Source: Spirochaetia bacterium
GTDB lineage: Bacteria > Spirochaetota > Spirochaetia > SZUA-6 > Bin103
Reading direction: 5' to 3'
DNA: 64,000 nt
Assembly: GCA_965198005.1 (NCBI GenBank)
Contig: CBDAOI010000004.1
Coordinates: 2,336,001 to 2,400,000, forward strand
Shown piece by piece: positions 11,292 to 20,902 of this stretch. The position numbers and the translations under genes were made by a program. The stretch's first letter is position 1. Each line of letters starts with the position of its first letter. Below the pieces are notes generated by a model that searched no databases, was not told where the DNA came from, and was given only the letters and a program-made list of their open reading frames with translations.

Positions 11292-11409
11292 GGTTGTGCG
11301 ATTACCATAGTAGCGTAGGCGTGGCTGGTCAACCTGCACGTACGGCCGGCGCGATGCCGGTCGACGTGTGGGGCATGTGATTGCCGCGACCACCCTGCCG
11401 GTAAAGTCC

Positions 11410-11920
11410 TCAAGCGACGAGCCCGTGGGTGTCGAGGCTCTCGCACAGAGCACACGCGCGGTCCTTGTGCGCCGCCACCACGCCCGGGCGGTGATGCTCC
11501 GGGCGTCGCTCGATCCAGCCGAGCAACGCGAGAGCGCGCACGACGACCAACATCGGCACCAACGCCGCATCCTCGTCCGGCAAGGCTCGCACCCGCCGGT
11601 AGCCGCGCAGCAGCGACGCGAAGTTCAGGTCGAAGCGCTCGGCCGGATGCCCAGTGAGCACCACCGCCAGGTCGTACTGGTGCCAGCCGAAGCCGGAGTC
11701 GTCGAAGTCGATCACCGCGAGCCGATCGCCGTCGACCAGGACGTTGTCGAAGTGCAGGTCGGCGTGGATCAGGCTGTAGGTCCGCGCGTCGACGCCGTAG
11801 CGGTCGAGCACCGCGCGGATCGCGTCGCGGGTGCGCACGACCAGCCGGCGCTCCGCGCGCGACAGCAGCGGTGAGTCCCAGAACCGACCCCAGAACGGCG
11901 TCTCGCCGAAAAAGCCTGCG
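11410..11920 (-). pseudogene. 3' half of an APH-family phosphotransferase (duplicate of 15396-15910)
   Basis: Near-identical nucleotide copy; [13 protein letters not shown]. Confidence 0.85.
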
Positions 11921-12286
11921 ACGCTGGCGCGCCGCGGCTTTGTCGCCCATCGCCCGCATCGCCGCCGGCGGCGGGCCGACGAACACGATGCCGGCGGCCG
12001 CGCACGCCTCGGCGAAGTCGGCATTCTCGGACAGAAAGCCGTACCCTGGGTGGATGGCGTCGGCCGCGGTTGCTCGCGCCGCCGCGATGATCGCCGGCAT
12101 GGAGAGGTAGCTCTCGGTCGCACGGGCCGGCCCGATGCGCACGCGCTCGTCGGCGCTGCGGGTGTGCAGCGCATCGCGGTCGGCGTCTGAATAGACCGCG
12201 ACCGTGCGCACGCCCAACTGCCGGCAGGTGCGAAAGATGCGCAGCGCGATCTCGCCGCGGTTGGCGACTAGGACCTTGCCGAACAT
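11921..12286 (-). pseudogene. Biotin carboxylase N-terminal fragment
   Basis: [26 protein letters not shown], then abrupt fusion to APH. Confidence 0.85.
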
Positions 12287-12323
12287 CGGCTCTCGGCGAT
12301 GCCCGCAGCGGCTGCAGGCCTAC

Positions 12324-12371
12324 GCATCCGGCGCGGCATCGGGCGCGGCATCGGGCGCGGCATCGGGCGCG
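12324..12371. repeat. 12-bp tandem repeat x4
   Basis: GCATCGGGCGCG units. Confidence 0.85.
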
Positions 12372-12478
12372 GCGGTCGCGGGGCATCACTGTTGCCCATG
12401 AGATTGCGACGCGGGACGCCCGCAGCGGGTGGACGCTACTGGTGCATGTGGCTAATGTACCACTTGGAGTTGACGGTG

Positions 12479-12718
12479 ATGAGAACCCAGATCTACCTGA
12501 CCGACGAGCAGAGAGACATCCTCGGGAACCAGGCTGCAAGAACCGGCCGACCGATGAGTGAACTGATTCGCGAAGCACTCGACGAATACCTTCGACGCCA
12601 CGCGCAGGAGCGGCGACAAGAAGTACTTCGCAACGCAGCGGGTCTCTGGGCCGATCGGCTAGACCGCGCGCAATTCGACGACGCGCGCGCTACGCTGGAC
12701 AGAGATCTGTCGCCATGA
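12479..12718 (+). CDS. CopG/RHH antitoxin (VapB-like)
   Basis: MRTQIYLT...MSELIREALDEY...AAGLWADR; ATGA overlap with the PIN gene. Confidence 0.85.
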   Translation: MRTQIYLTDEQRDILGNQAARTGRPMSELIREALDEYLRRHAQERRQEVLRNAAGLWADRLDRAQFDDARATLDRDLSP

Positions 12719-12885
12719 GAGGCATTCTCCTGGACACCGACATCGCCATCGACTACCTGCGTGGAGTCCAGGCAGCGGTCGATTTCGTCAAGCAGCATGA
12801 GAGGGAGATTTCGCTGTCGGCCGTGACGGTTGCCGAGCTCTTCGCAGGTGTGAGGGACGGCGACGAGACGGTCAAGCTGGAGGAC
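12715..12885 (+). pseudogene. VapC/PIN toxin, 3'-truncated
   Basis: LLDTDIAIDYLRG, SAVTVAELFAG, then fused head-on to SBP antisense. Confidence 0.8.
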
Positions 12886-14318
12886 TCTGATCCTTTACCT
12901 GAGTGTTCCACGTCGGCCCGTCAGTAATCACCAACTCAACATCAACGCCAATCGCATCCCAGTAGGCGATAGATATTTCTCCATAGTCAGAAAACTGTGG
13001 AAAACTGTGAGACAATATGGTCTTAAATCTGATGCCGTCCGCGCCGCGCCTGTATCCGGCCTCATCAAGCAACGCTTCTGCCCCCTCCGGGTCATACCTG
13101 TAGTATTGCTTGATTTCTTCGGGCCAGGTTTCAAATGGCGTGCTCCACCCAATTTGATGTTCAGCTATTAACCCTTGAGGTTGCCAGGAAGCAAAACCCT
13201 TAAAGAAAGTTTCGCTAATTGTCTCAAGGTCCAGTGCCATCTGCATTGCTCGGCGCACTCTTATGTCGCTAAAGGGCGGCTCGGTTACGTTAAGGCTGAA
13301 GGCATAATTCGACCGTTGATAAAACGGCCACAACTCGAGGTCGGTTGTCTTCTGGAGGCTCTCAAAGTCGTCGAGAGAATTCATCGACCAATGGGTGCCC
13401 ATACCTCCAAAACCAACCTTGCCCGTGCGCAGCGCCGACAGACGTGTTGCTTCGTCTAATATAAAGAGGCCCTTTAACTCGTCAATATAGGGCAAGCGGT
13501 TCTCCGGGTATTTTTCGTCGTAGCCCCAGTAGTCAGGATTCTTTTTCCAGGTCATAGAGCTGCCGTCGATCCACTCAGTCAGCATATAGGGCCCGGTGCC
13601 GACCACGTTTCTCCAATCCGCAACGTCGCCGTGTTCCTTGATTACCTCGGGGGGGTAATATCCACGTCCAGGCGTCGTCGAGTATGATTTTCAGCGCACT
13701 GAGCATTGGCTGCTTCAGCTTAAAGACAACCGTCCAATCGTCGGTGGCTGTTATCGATTCGAATGTCACGTTGGGGATACTTCCAAAACGGGCGGGACGT
13801 TCGGTGAAGCCGCTGCCCAGAGTTGCGAGACGGTGCCAGTTATACTCTATGTCCTTGGCAGTTAGCTCCCGGCCGTTCATCGGTGCCTTATCATGCCAGT
13901 GAACGCCCTTGCGGATCTTGAACACATAAGTTGTGGCGTCGGGTTGCGACCAGCTTTCCGCCAGCTGCCCTATGAAGAAAGATTCAGGCACAACACCGCC
14001 GGATTTAATGTCATATACGTCCCGATCTATTCCCCAGTCCGCTTGGGCTAGCCTCTCATAAACGCCACTGACGAGGAACCCCGCGTGGTGACCAGTAATC
14101 GACGGGTCCGGTCCCTCGGACTCGGGGCCCCAGAGCAACATGAGTGTCCCGCCGTACTGCGGCGCGGTCACCATCTTGCCCGTGGTGGGGTCGAGCACCA
14201 TTTCCCTCTCGGCGGCGGCTGCCGACTCCTCTTCTGCGCCAGCGGCCCACAGGCCGGTGGCGGTCGGGGCCAGGACCAACGCAACCGCGAAGGTCATTCT
14301 AATGATTGCAATATTCAT
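12886..14318 (-). pseudogene. Family-5 SBP, frameshift in a G7 run (about 13650) and 3'-truncated
   Basis: MNIAIIRMTFAVALVLAPTATGLWA start with GGAG SD; conserved SBP blocks in two frames; ends at WNTQVKDQ. Confidence 0.85.
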
Positions 14319-15010
14319 ACGCTTCTCCGTATGTAGATTTTTTGAGAGTATTGCGGAGCGACTTGGCGCAGCTCCCTGGCTCCTCTCGCGCCTGCCACGC
14401 AGGCGGCCAGTCAGAGTCGAGTGGGTGACACGCGCGGCGTGCGACTCATCGGGCTCACGCCGCGCGCGCGTAGGGTTCTTTGAGCAACATTTGCACCTCC
14501 TTTTTCTGTAGGTTGCGGCAATTGACAGTGAGGGAGCTGCGTCACAACGCCACCCGCGGCGGCGGTCGGCGCAGCAGCAAGTCTGATTGACCGGCGACGC
14601 CGGCGGTGGGTCTTGCCGGCAGTGAGTCGCGGCGCGGATCCGGCTCGGTCGCGGTCGACGATAACGGCGCGGGCGGTCCGCATGCCGGTTCGCCGATGGA
14701 CCGAGCCGGTGAGGAGCAACGCAGCCAGGCGGGATGCATTCGCCGCTCGAATGCAGGCGGAGTTTCGCCACGGGCTGCGAGCTACGGCGGTAGTGAAGGC
14801 GACGGTGGTGTGCGCGGGGTCGCGTACGCGGCGATCAGCCGGAGCGGTTAGTTGTTCGTCGGTTCGAAAAGTGTGTGTGTGGGGGGGGGGGTAGAATGCA
14901 CCGGTTGCGTCACCGCCAGCCGGCCACTGCGCTCACTGTCATCATGGCGTTTCATCATCGATCCGTTGAATCGTGGGTTCAAAGTATAGGGCCCGGCGCA
15001 AGAACGTCAA
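14319..15010 (-). promoter_or_regulatory. Complete SBP leader
   Basis: TTGACG-16-TATACT, MKRHDDSERSGRLAVTQPVHSTPP, poly-C, ACTTTTCGAACCGA..AACAACTAACCGCTCCGGC, uORF2, stems; aligns with 57490-57986. Confidence 0.75.
14455..14490 (-). CDS. Leader micro-peptide MLLKEPYARAA
   Basis: AAGGAGGTGCAA-ATG; homologous to 50381 and 57807. Confidence 0.65.
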   Translation of the reverse strand: MLLKEPYARAA

Positions 15011-15193
15011 CCGCGATTCTGGCCTCGTGCACCTGCGTGGCTGCCGCCTAGCCCGCTGCGCGACCGCCAGCCGGTGGCTGGGGTGGAGCGCGTCCGTACC
15101 CGTGAGTGCAAGCGGCGACCTAACCCGGTGCGCCAGCGCTAGCCGGCGGCTGGGCTGGCTAGTGTCAGTCGCCATACGCGCACGAGTGTAGCC

Positions 15194-15325
15194 GGCCGCC
15201 CACGGTCTTTCCCTGGAACTCGATCTGCGCAACCGTGGTGTCCATCGTGAGCGCCGTGCCGTCCGCGAGCACGTACTCATCATGCGACTTGGGCTCAAGA
15301 CCAATCGCTTGCAATGCCGGCGCGG
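15194..15325 (-). pseudogene. Internal fragment of the aspartic protease (copy of about 11055-11186)
   Basis: [19 protein letters not shown]..., near-identical DNA. Confidence 0.85.
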
Positions 15326-15395
15326 CACCGGCCGGCGCGATGCCGGTCGACGTGTGGGGCATGTGATTGCCGCGACCACCCTGCCGGTAAAGTCG

Positions 15396-16394
15396 TCAAG
15401 CGACGAGCCCGTGGGTGTCGAGGCTCTCGCACAGAGCGCACGCGCGGTCCTTGTGCGCCGCCACCACGCCCGGGCGGTGATGCTCCGGGCGTCGCTCGAT
15501 CCAGCCGAGCAATGCGAGAGCGCGCACGACGACCAACATCGGCACCAACGCCGCATCCTCGTCCGGCAAGGCTCGCAGCCGCCGGTAGCCGCGCAGCAGC
15601 GACGCGAAGTTCAGGTCGAAGCGCTCGGCCGGATGCCCGGCGAGCACCACCGCCAGTTCGTACTGGTGCCAGCCGAAGCCGGAGTCGTCGAAGTCGATCA
15701 CCGCGAGCCGATCGCCGTCGACCAGGACGTTGTCGAAGTGCAGGTCGGCGTGGATCAGGCTGTAGGTCCGCGCGTCGACGCCGTAGCGGTCGAGCACCGC
15801 GCGGATCGCGTCGCGGGTGCGCACGACCAGCCGGCGCTCCGCGCGCGACAGCAGCGGTGAGTCCCAGAACCGACCCCAGAACGGCGTCTCGCCGAAGAAG
15901 CCTGCGACGTCGAATGCGTGTCGGGTGAAACCCGCGGGCGCCGCCCACCCGCTCGACTGATTGTGGACCGTCGCCGCTATGGCCCCGATCTCATCGAACT
16001 GCGGCAGGTAGGCGTCCGCATCGGCATCTGCCAGCACGCGACGGATCGGCGTGCCTTCGATCCAGCGCGTCACGCCGGCGTAGCGTCGCTCGCCGTCGGC
16101 GGCGACCACCTCGACGTAGTTGCGGCCGCCGTTCGTGGTCACGCCGCGGGGCACGTCCATCCCCGCACCTGCCAGTGCGGCGGTCCATGCGCGCTCCGAG
16201 TCGAGCTCGGCGAGCGTGTGATAACCCGGCCGGTGCAGGCGCAGCACGTAGGCGTCGCCATCGGTCCCGTCCACCCGGAACGTGACGTTCTCGGAGACGG
16301 TGACCAGCGACAGCGCCCCGCCGGTGAGCCCGAACGCAGCCATCGCGGCTTGAGCCGCGCCGCCGTAGCGCTGTTCGATCGCTGCGCTACCCAC
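15396..16394 (-). CDS. APH/homoserine-kinase-II family phosphotransferase
   Basis: [26 protein letters not shown]. Confidence 0.88.
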   Translation of the reverse strand: MGSAAIEQRYGGAAQAAMAAFGLTGGALSLVTVSENVTFRVDGTDGDAYVLRLHRPGYHTLAELDSERAWTAALAGAGMDVPRGVTTNGGRNYVEVVAADGERRYAGVTRWIEGTPIRRVLADADADAYLPQFDEIGAIAATVHNQSSGWAAPAGFTRHAFDVAGFFGETPFWGRFWDSPLLSRAERRLVVRTRDAIRAVLDRYGVDARTYSLIHADLHFDNVLVDGDRLAVIDFDDSGFGWHQYELAVVLAGHPAERFDLNFASLLRGYRRLRALPDEDAALVPMLVVVRALALLGWIERRPEHHRPGVVAAHKDRACALCESLDTHGLVA

Positions 16395-16418
16395 CGGAGA
16401 AATCGGCCATCACCTCGC
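16386..16418. repeat. 33-bp direct repeat (2 mismatches), partner at 17923-17955
   Basis: GCTA[C/G]CCACCGGAGA[A/G]ATCGGCCATCACCTCGC. Confidence 0.9.
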
Positions 16419-17792
16419 CAGGTCCTCGATGCTGAAGCCCAGGGCTCCGGCGCGGCGCACCTCCGGGGCGACTCCGCCGCGGCCCCAGAGCACGAGGGTC
16501 GGTTCGTCTACGGGACTGGGAACGAAGGGTAGCTTCCTGCGTAGTGCTTCGAGTTCCCGCCTACCAAGCGGCGCCGACTGCCAGCGAGCCTCGCCCAGGA
16601 GCGCGGTATGGCTGCCGCGAAGGCCGAGCACGTCGACCTCCAAGCTCGCGCCGCGCCCGGACCACCACCGTCCGATGACCAGGTCGGCGCGAAGCTCACC
16701 CCGCTGCACGAGCCGCCGGGCGTGGGCGCGTGCCTGCTGCTCGAACACGAAGCCGACGTGCGTCTGCCACCGCGGCAGCACCCGTTCCAGCACCGCGTCA
16801 CCCTGGCCGCCTTCGATGAGCGCCACCTCCGTGTAGAGCACCTGGAACCAGAAGCGCAAGTAGGGATCCGGTATCTCGTACGAGCCGCGCGCACCGCGCG
16901 GTGCGCCCACAGGCAGGTCCTTGGCCACGAAGCCGGTTCTGATCAATACGTCCAAAGCATGGTCGATACGTTGGCCGACTTCGCCGGCAATGTGGGAAAA
17001 ACGGGTCCGTCCGCGCCCGATGGCTGCCAGGATCTGGGCGTAGCCGCCGGTCGGGGAGAGTTCCTCCCGGAGCATGCCGGCGGCGTCCTCGAGCAGTACG
17101 CCACCCGGCGTGAACGCGAGTCGGCGCAAGTTCTCGGGTGTCGATCTTCCCGCTTCCCACTTCCGGAGATGCAGTGGATATCCGCCGCAAGCCGCGTACG
17201 CTTGCAGCAGGTCCTCGGCCGGCAGATCGGGAAGAAACGTGCGAGCCGCGATCAGGTCCACGGGCGCCAGCGGCAGCGACAGCGTCGCGCGCCCCCGCAG
17301 GGCTCCGCCGGCACCCAGAATCTCCTCCATCACCCCCACGGCCGAGCCGGTCAGCACCAGTGCCAGTCTGGTCCCAGGCCGCAGGTGGTCCCACACCACC
17401 TGCACGATACTGGCAAACCCGGGGGTCGAATGCGCCAGATAGGGAACCTCGTCCAGTATCACGAGGAGAGGCCGTTCCGTGGCCGCAGCAGCGCAGAACT
17501 GCAGGGCCGCCTCCCAGGTCGGGAATGTACCACCGGCCAGGTGTGCCGCCCGCTCACCGAGATCTCGGTGGATCACCTCGGTAAGCCGCCGCAGCTCGAC
17601 CGCCTCCGCCTGCTGCGTGGCGCCGAAGAACACGGCTCTCTTGCCTTTCGCGAAGTGGGACAGCAGGAACGTCTTGCCGACCCGCCGGCGCCCCCATACG
17701 ACGAGCAGTTGAGGATTTCCCTCCTCGGCGCTCTGCCAAGCCGCATTCAGCCGGCTAAGCTCCGCGGTCCGATTCACAAGTGGTTCGAGCAT
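16410..17792 (-). CDS. Archaeal-type ATPase + wHTH + PD-(D/E)XK-like (DUF234-like) protein
   Basis: VNRTAEL, GRRRVGKT, ILDE, LTGS, DPYLRFWF, GRWW..EVD..EAR; GGAGG upstream. Confidence 0.85.
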   Translation of the reverse strand: MLEPLVNRTAELSRLNAAWQSAEEGNPQLLVVWGRRRVGKTFLLSHFAKGKRAVFFGATQQAEAVELRRLTEVIHRDLGERAAHLAGGTFPTWEAALQFCAAAATERPLLVILDEVPYLAHSTPGFASIVQVVWDHLRPGTRLALVLTGSAVGVMEEILGAGGALRGRATLSLPLAPVDLIAARTFLPDLPAEDLLQAYAACGGYPLHLRKWEAGRSTPENLRRLAFTPGGVLLEDAAGMLREELSPTGGYAQILAAIGRGRTRFSHIAGEVGQRIDHALDVLIRTGFVAKDLPVGAPRGARGSYEIPDPYLRFWFQVLYTEVALIEGGQGDAVLERVLPRWQTHVGFVFEQQARAHARRLVQRGELRADLVIGRWWSGRGASLEVDVLGLRGSHTALLGEARWQSAPLGRRELEALRRKLPFVPSPVDEPTLVLWGRGGVAPEVRRAGALGFSIEDLAR

Positions 17793-17836
17793 GTTGCGAC
17801 TCCAACCTCCCCTTTTTCGGAGTTTAGTCACAATGC

Positions 17837-17884
17837 TTCGTAGTTGCAACCGTTCGTAGTTCTAACGGTTCGTAGTTGTAACGG
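17837..17884. repeat. 16-bp tandem repeat x3 upstream of the ATPase gene
   Basis: TTCGTAGTT[G/C][C/T]AAC[C/G]G. Confidence 0.85.
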
Positions 17885-17923
17885 TTGTTGCGGCGAGCGG
17901 CAGAAGGGTTTCGCCACGGGCTG

Positions 17924-19204
17924 CTAGCCACCGGAGAGATCGGCCATCACCTCGCGGAAGGCGGCCAGGAACGCATCGGCATCGGCGGCGCTCAAGACGA
18001 GCGGCGGACGCAGCTTGAGCACGTTGCCGTGCGCGCCGGCGCTCCCGGTCAGGAAGCCCCTGTCCTTGAGCGCGTTGACGATATTGGCGGCCGCTTCCCG
18101 ATCGGGCGCCTTCGTCGCCGGATCCTCGACCAGGTCGACCCCGACGAACAGGCCGTGGCCGCGCACGTCACCCATCACCGGATAGTGGGGCTGTATCTCC
18201 TTCAGCCCCTCGATCAGGTGCGCGCCAACGGTCGCGACGTTCTGCCGCAGACCCTCCTGTTCGATGATGTCGATGACCGCCTTGCCGACGGCGCCCTGCA
18301 GCGGGCTCGACGCGAAGGTGTTGAAGTAGCCCGTCCTGCGGAACGTCTCCACGAGATCGCGGCTGGCGGTCGTTGCGGCCAGGGGCAGCCCGGCCCCCAT
18401 CGGCTTGCCCGTCACCACGATGTCGGGCTCGAATCCCGCAACCTCGTAGCCCCACCACCGACCGGTGCGGCAATAGCCGGCCTGGACCTCGTCGGCGATG
18501 ACGACTCCGCCCGCCGCGCGTGCGATCTCCGCTGCCCGCGGCATGAAACCGGCGGGCACCGTGGGCAGCCCCTCGTTCGCGAAAATCGGGCAAACCAGGA
18601 GTCCGGCAAACCCGACGCCGTCGTTGGTGAGGTTGTCGATGGCCGCCTGCAGGCGATCGAGGTAGCGATCCCGGAGTTGGTCGAGGGGTCCGTCGGCGAG
18701 CGGTCGATAGGTTTGCGGAAACGGAAAGCCACGCACCTCGGCGCCCCGCTCGGGATTGCGCCGGCCCACGTGGGTGAGCTTGCCGACCGCCTCGCTGGTG
18801 CCGTGATAGGCGGCGTCCGAGCAGACGATCCCGCGCCGACCGGTCGCCGCCCGCGCCATGCGCAGCGCCACCTCGTTCGCCTCGGTCCCGGTGCACGAGA
18901 ACACGACGCTCTCCAGGCGCTCCCCGTGGAGCCCGGTGATCCGTTCGGCCAGCTCGAGAATGGCTTCGTGCAGATACCGGCTGTGCACGTTGAGGGTCGC
19001 CTGCTGGGTCGCCATCGCCTCGACTATCCGGGGATGGGCATGGCCGACGCAGGGAACGTTGTTGTACAGGTCAAGGTAGCGGCGGCCGGCGGCATCGAAC
19101 AGATAGGCGCCCTCCCCGCGCACGAGGTGCAACGGCTCGCGATAGAACAGCGGGGCGCCGGCCCCGAGGGCCCGGTTGCGCCGTTGGATGAGGTCAGTGG
19201 TCAT
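17924..19204 (-). CDS. Class III PLP aminotransferase / phospho-lyase-like
   Basis: YLDLYNNVPCVGH, TGTEANE, YHG, DEVQAG, GKPMG, YFNTF, KLRPPL. Confidence 0.9.
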   Translation of the reverse strand: MTTDLIQRRNRALGAGAPLFYREPLHLVRGEGAYLFDAAGRRYLDLYNNVPCVGHAHPRIVEAMATQQATLNVHSRYLHEAILELAERITGLHGERLESVVFSCTGTEANEVALRMARAATGRRGIVCSDAAYHGTSEAVGKLTHVGRRNPERGAEVRGFPFPQTYRPLADGPLDQLRDRYLDRLQAAIDNLTNDGVGFAGLLVCPIFANEGLPTVPAGFMPRAAEIARAAGGVVIADEVQAGYCRTGRWWGYEVAGFEPDIVVTGKPMGAGLPLAATTASRDLVETFRRTGYFNTFASSPLQGAVGKAVIDIIEQEGLRQNVATVGAHLIEGLKEIQPHYPVMGDVRGHGLFVGVDLVEDPATKAPDREAAANIVNALKDRGFLTGSAGAHGNVLKLRPPLVLSAADADAFLAAFREVMADLSGG

Positions 19205-19333
19205 GTGCGATTGTAACCGACCGACCACTGTCCGCGCAGGATCAATCGCCTTCGCGCGTCTTCCGCCCGCCAGCTTCTCACAGCACTTACCCAGAGGTAA
19301 AGCGGCTATAAGAATCGTCCCGAGGGGATCCGA

Positions 19334-19570
19334 GTGAAACACCGGATGGGGGCGAACTCCATCAAGATGTACGACAAGCACGGCCGCAGCTTGCGGGTAG
19401 AGACCACGATCAACGACCCGAGCCCCTTCACGATCGTGCGCGCCGCAGAGGGTAACCCCGACGGTGTCCGCAGCCGGCGCCCGATGCGGCGCGGCATCAG
19501 CGACCTGGCGAGCCGGGCGCAGCTGTCGCAGGCTGCCAACGAACGCTACTTGGAGGCCCTCGCCAGCCTT
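19334..19570 (+). mobile_element. Internal fragment of a putative transposase (IKMYDK...LRVETTIN family)
   Basis: KHRMGANSIKMYDK, LRVETTINDP, MRRGISDL..RA.LSQAANERYLEAL. Confidence 0.6.
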
Positions 19571-19655
19571 AATGGCATAGGGAGCCAGCACGTCGGCGAA
19601 CATTTCCCTGCCAGGCGTATGAATCCTCCCGTTACGCGCTCGTCCGCCGCGGCCG

Positions 19656-20000
19656 TCACGCCGTCAGCGTGCGTATCTTGGCCAGGGCGTCGACCGTTGT
19701 TTCCGCCGGCAGCCGGCAAATGTGCTCGGCCTTCCTGGCTCGCCAGTCGAGGCTCTTGAGTTGATCGGCCAGGATCACGCCTGTGATCCCGAGGTGCCGC
19801 GGAATCTTCACCTCGTATGGATAGCCCTTGCGCTTGCCGGTTACCGGGCAGAACAGAGCCAGCCCGACCTTCTCATTGTACGCGCGCGGCGACACCACGA
19901 CTGCCGGCCGACGCCCTGCCTGCTCATGACCGGCCTGCGGATCGAACGTCAGCCAAACGAGGTCCCCACGCTCGGGAGCCGAGGCGGCTCCCACTACCAA
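19656..20000 (-). CDS. mazF: MazF endoribonuclease toxin
   Basis: PERGDLVWLTFDPQAGHEQAGRRPAVVVSP..YN, ILADQLKSLDWRAR. Confidence 0.93.
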   Translation of the reverse strand: MVVGAASAPERGDLVWLTFDPQAGHEQAGRRPAVVVSPRAYNEKVGLALFCPVTGKRKGYPYEVKIPRHLGITGVILADQLKSLDWRARKAEHICRLPAETTVDALAKIRTLTA

Positions 20001-20236
20001 GTCTCACGTCCGACGTTTGGGCCGGTCCGGGTCTCCTGATGCAGATTAGCCGTGTCGATGCCGGCAAGCAGGTTATCGAGGTCATAGTGTGGGACCCGGA
20101 TCGGCTCAACAGTTATCGTGCCCTCATGTGCCACCAGGTTCACGGTCGTCCCGGCGGCAACGTTTGCTTCCGCACAGAGCGCCTTCGGAATTCGTAGCGC
20201 CAGGCTGTTGCCCCACTTCTGCACCTTGGTCTTCAT
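19994..20236 (-). CDS. mazE: MazE (AbrB-fold) antitoxin
   Basis: KVQKWGNSLALRIPK...VGRETW; TTGACC-18-TATACT upstream. Confidence 0.92.
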   Translation of the reverse strand: MKTKVQKWGNSLALRIPKALCAEANVAAGTTVNLVAHEGTITVEPIRVPHYDLDNLLAGIDTANLHQETRTGPNVGRETW

Positions 20237-20449
20237 CGCGATCCCTCACTTAGAATCTACATTGAGTATACGCGCCTGCCATCCTCGCGGTCAACTCGCC
20301 GCGGCCGTGCCGACGCTGCTGCGAACGCGGCTCATGCGCGAAGTGCTTTGGTCGATGTCCTGTCGTCGTCGCCGCCCGGGCTAGCGAAGCTGCTGCCCCG
20401 GAAAGTGGGCGTCGCGGCTGTCGGCTCGGTCGAAGGGGCGCCCCGAACC

Positions 20450-20790
20450 CGGGGCATGAGGAACCTGCAGGCGGAACTGGCCGCCCGGTGCGGCAAGCGA
20501 CCGCTTGCGGTCCTACTCGACGAGGCGCACACGCTCGATCTCGAAGTGGGCAGAACGCTGCTCAACGCCAGTCAACAGGTGCGCGCCGCTGCGCCGTTTC
20601 CTTTTGGTGCTGGCCGGCACGCCGGGCTTGGCGGCGCATCTCGGCGCCATGAATGCGTCCTTCCGGAGCCGCTTGGGCGTGGGCCGCCTGGGCATCGGCC
20701 TGCTGAGCGACGCGGCCACCCGCGCCGCCCTGGTCGAGCCGCTGGCCGCCCATGGCGTGGAGATCGACGCCGGCCCAGCCGGCCCAACTG
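20450..20790 (+). pseudogene. AAA ATPase internal remnant (frameshifted)
   Basis: VLLDEAHTL (Walker B), LVLAGTPGL in the adjacent frame. Confidence 0.65.
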
Positions 20791-20902
20791 CCGAGGTCCT
20801 CTCGAGGCGGCGCCGACGCTTGGCCGAGCACCGCACGCAGAGCGGCCTCAAGATCGTCGACCATGGCGAGTTCCGCTCCCGCGCGCGCAGGCGCGTGATT
20901 TC

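Noticed and set aside
13649-13655. Programmed frameshifting at single-base shifts (also about 10010, 40720, 48440)
   Set aside because: Not conserved among paralogs; two lie in homopolymers and may be sequencing error or decay
14530-14560. T-box riboswitch (GGGTGG seen)
   Set aside because: Lacks GGTGGnACCGCG, is not conserved in other leader copies, and has no terminator
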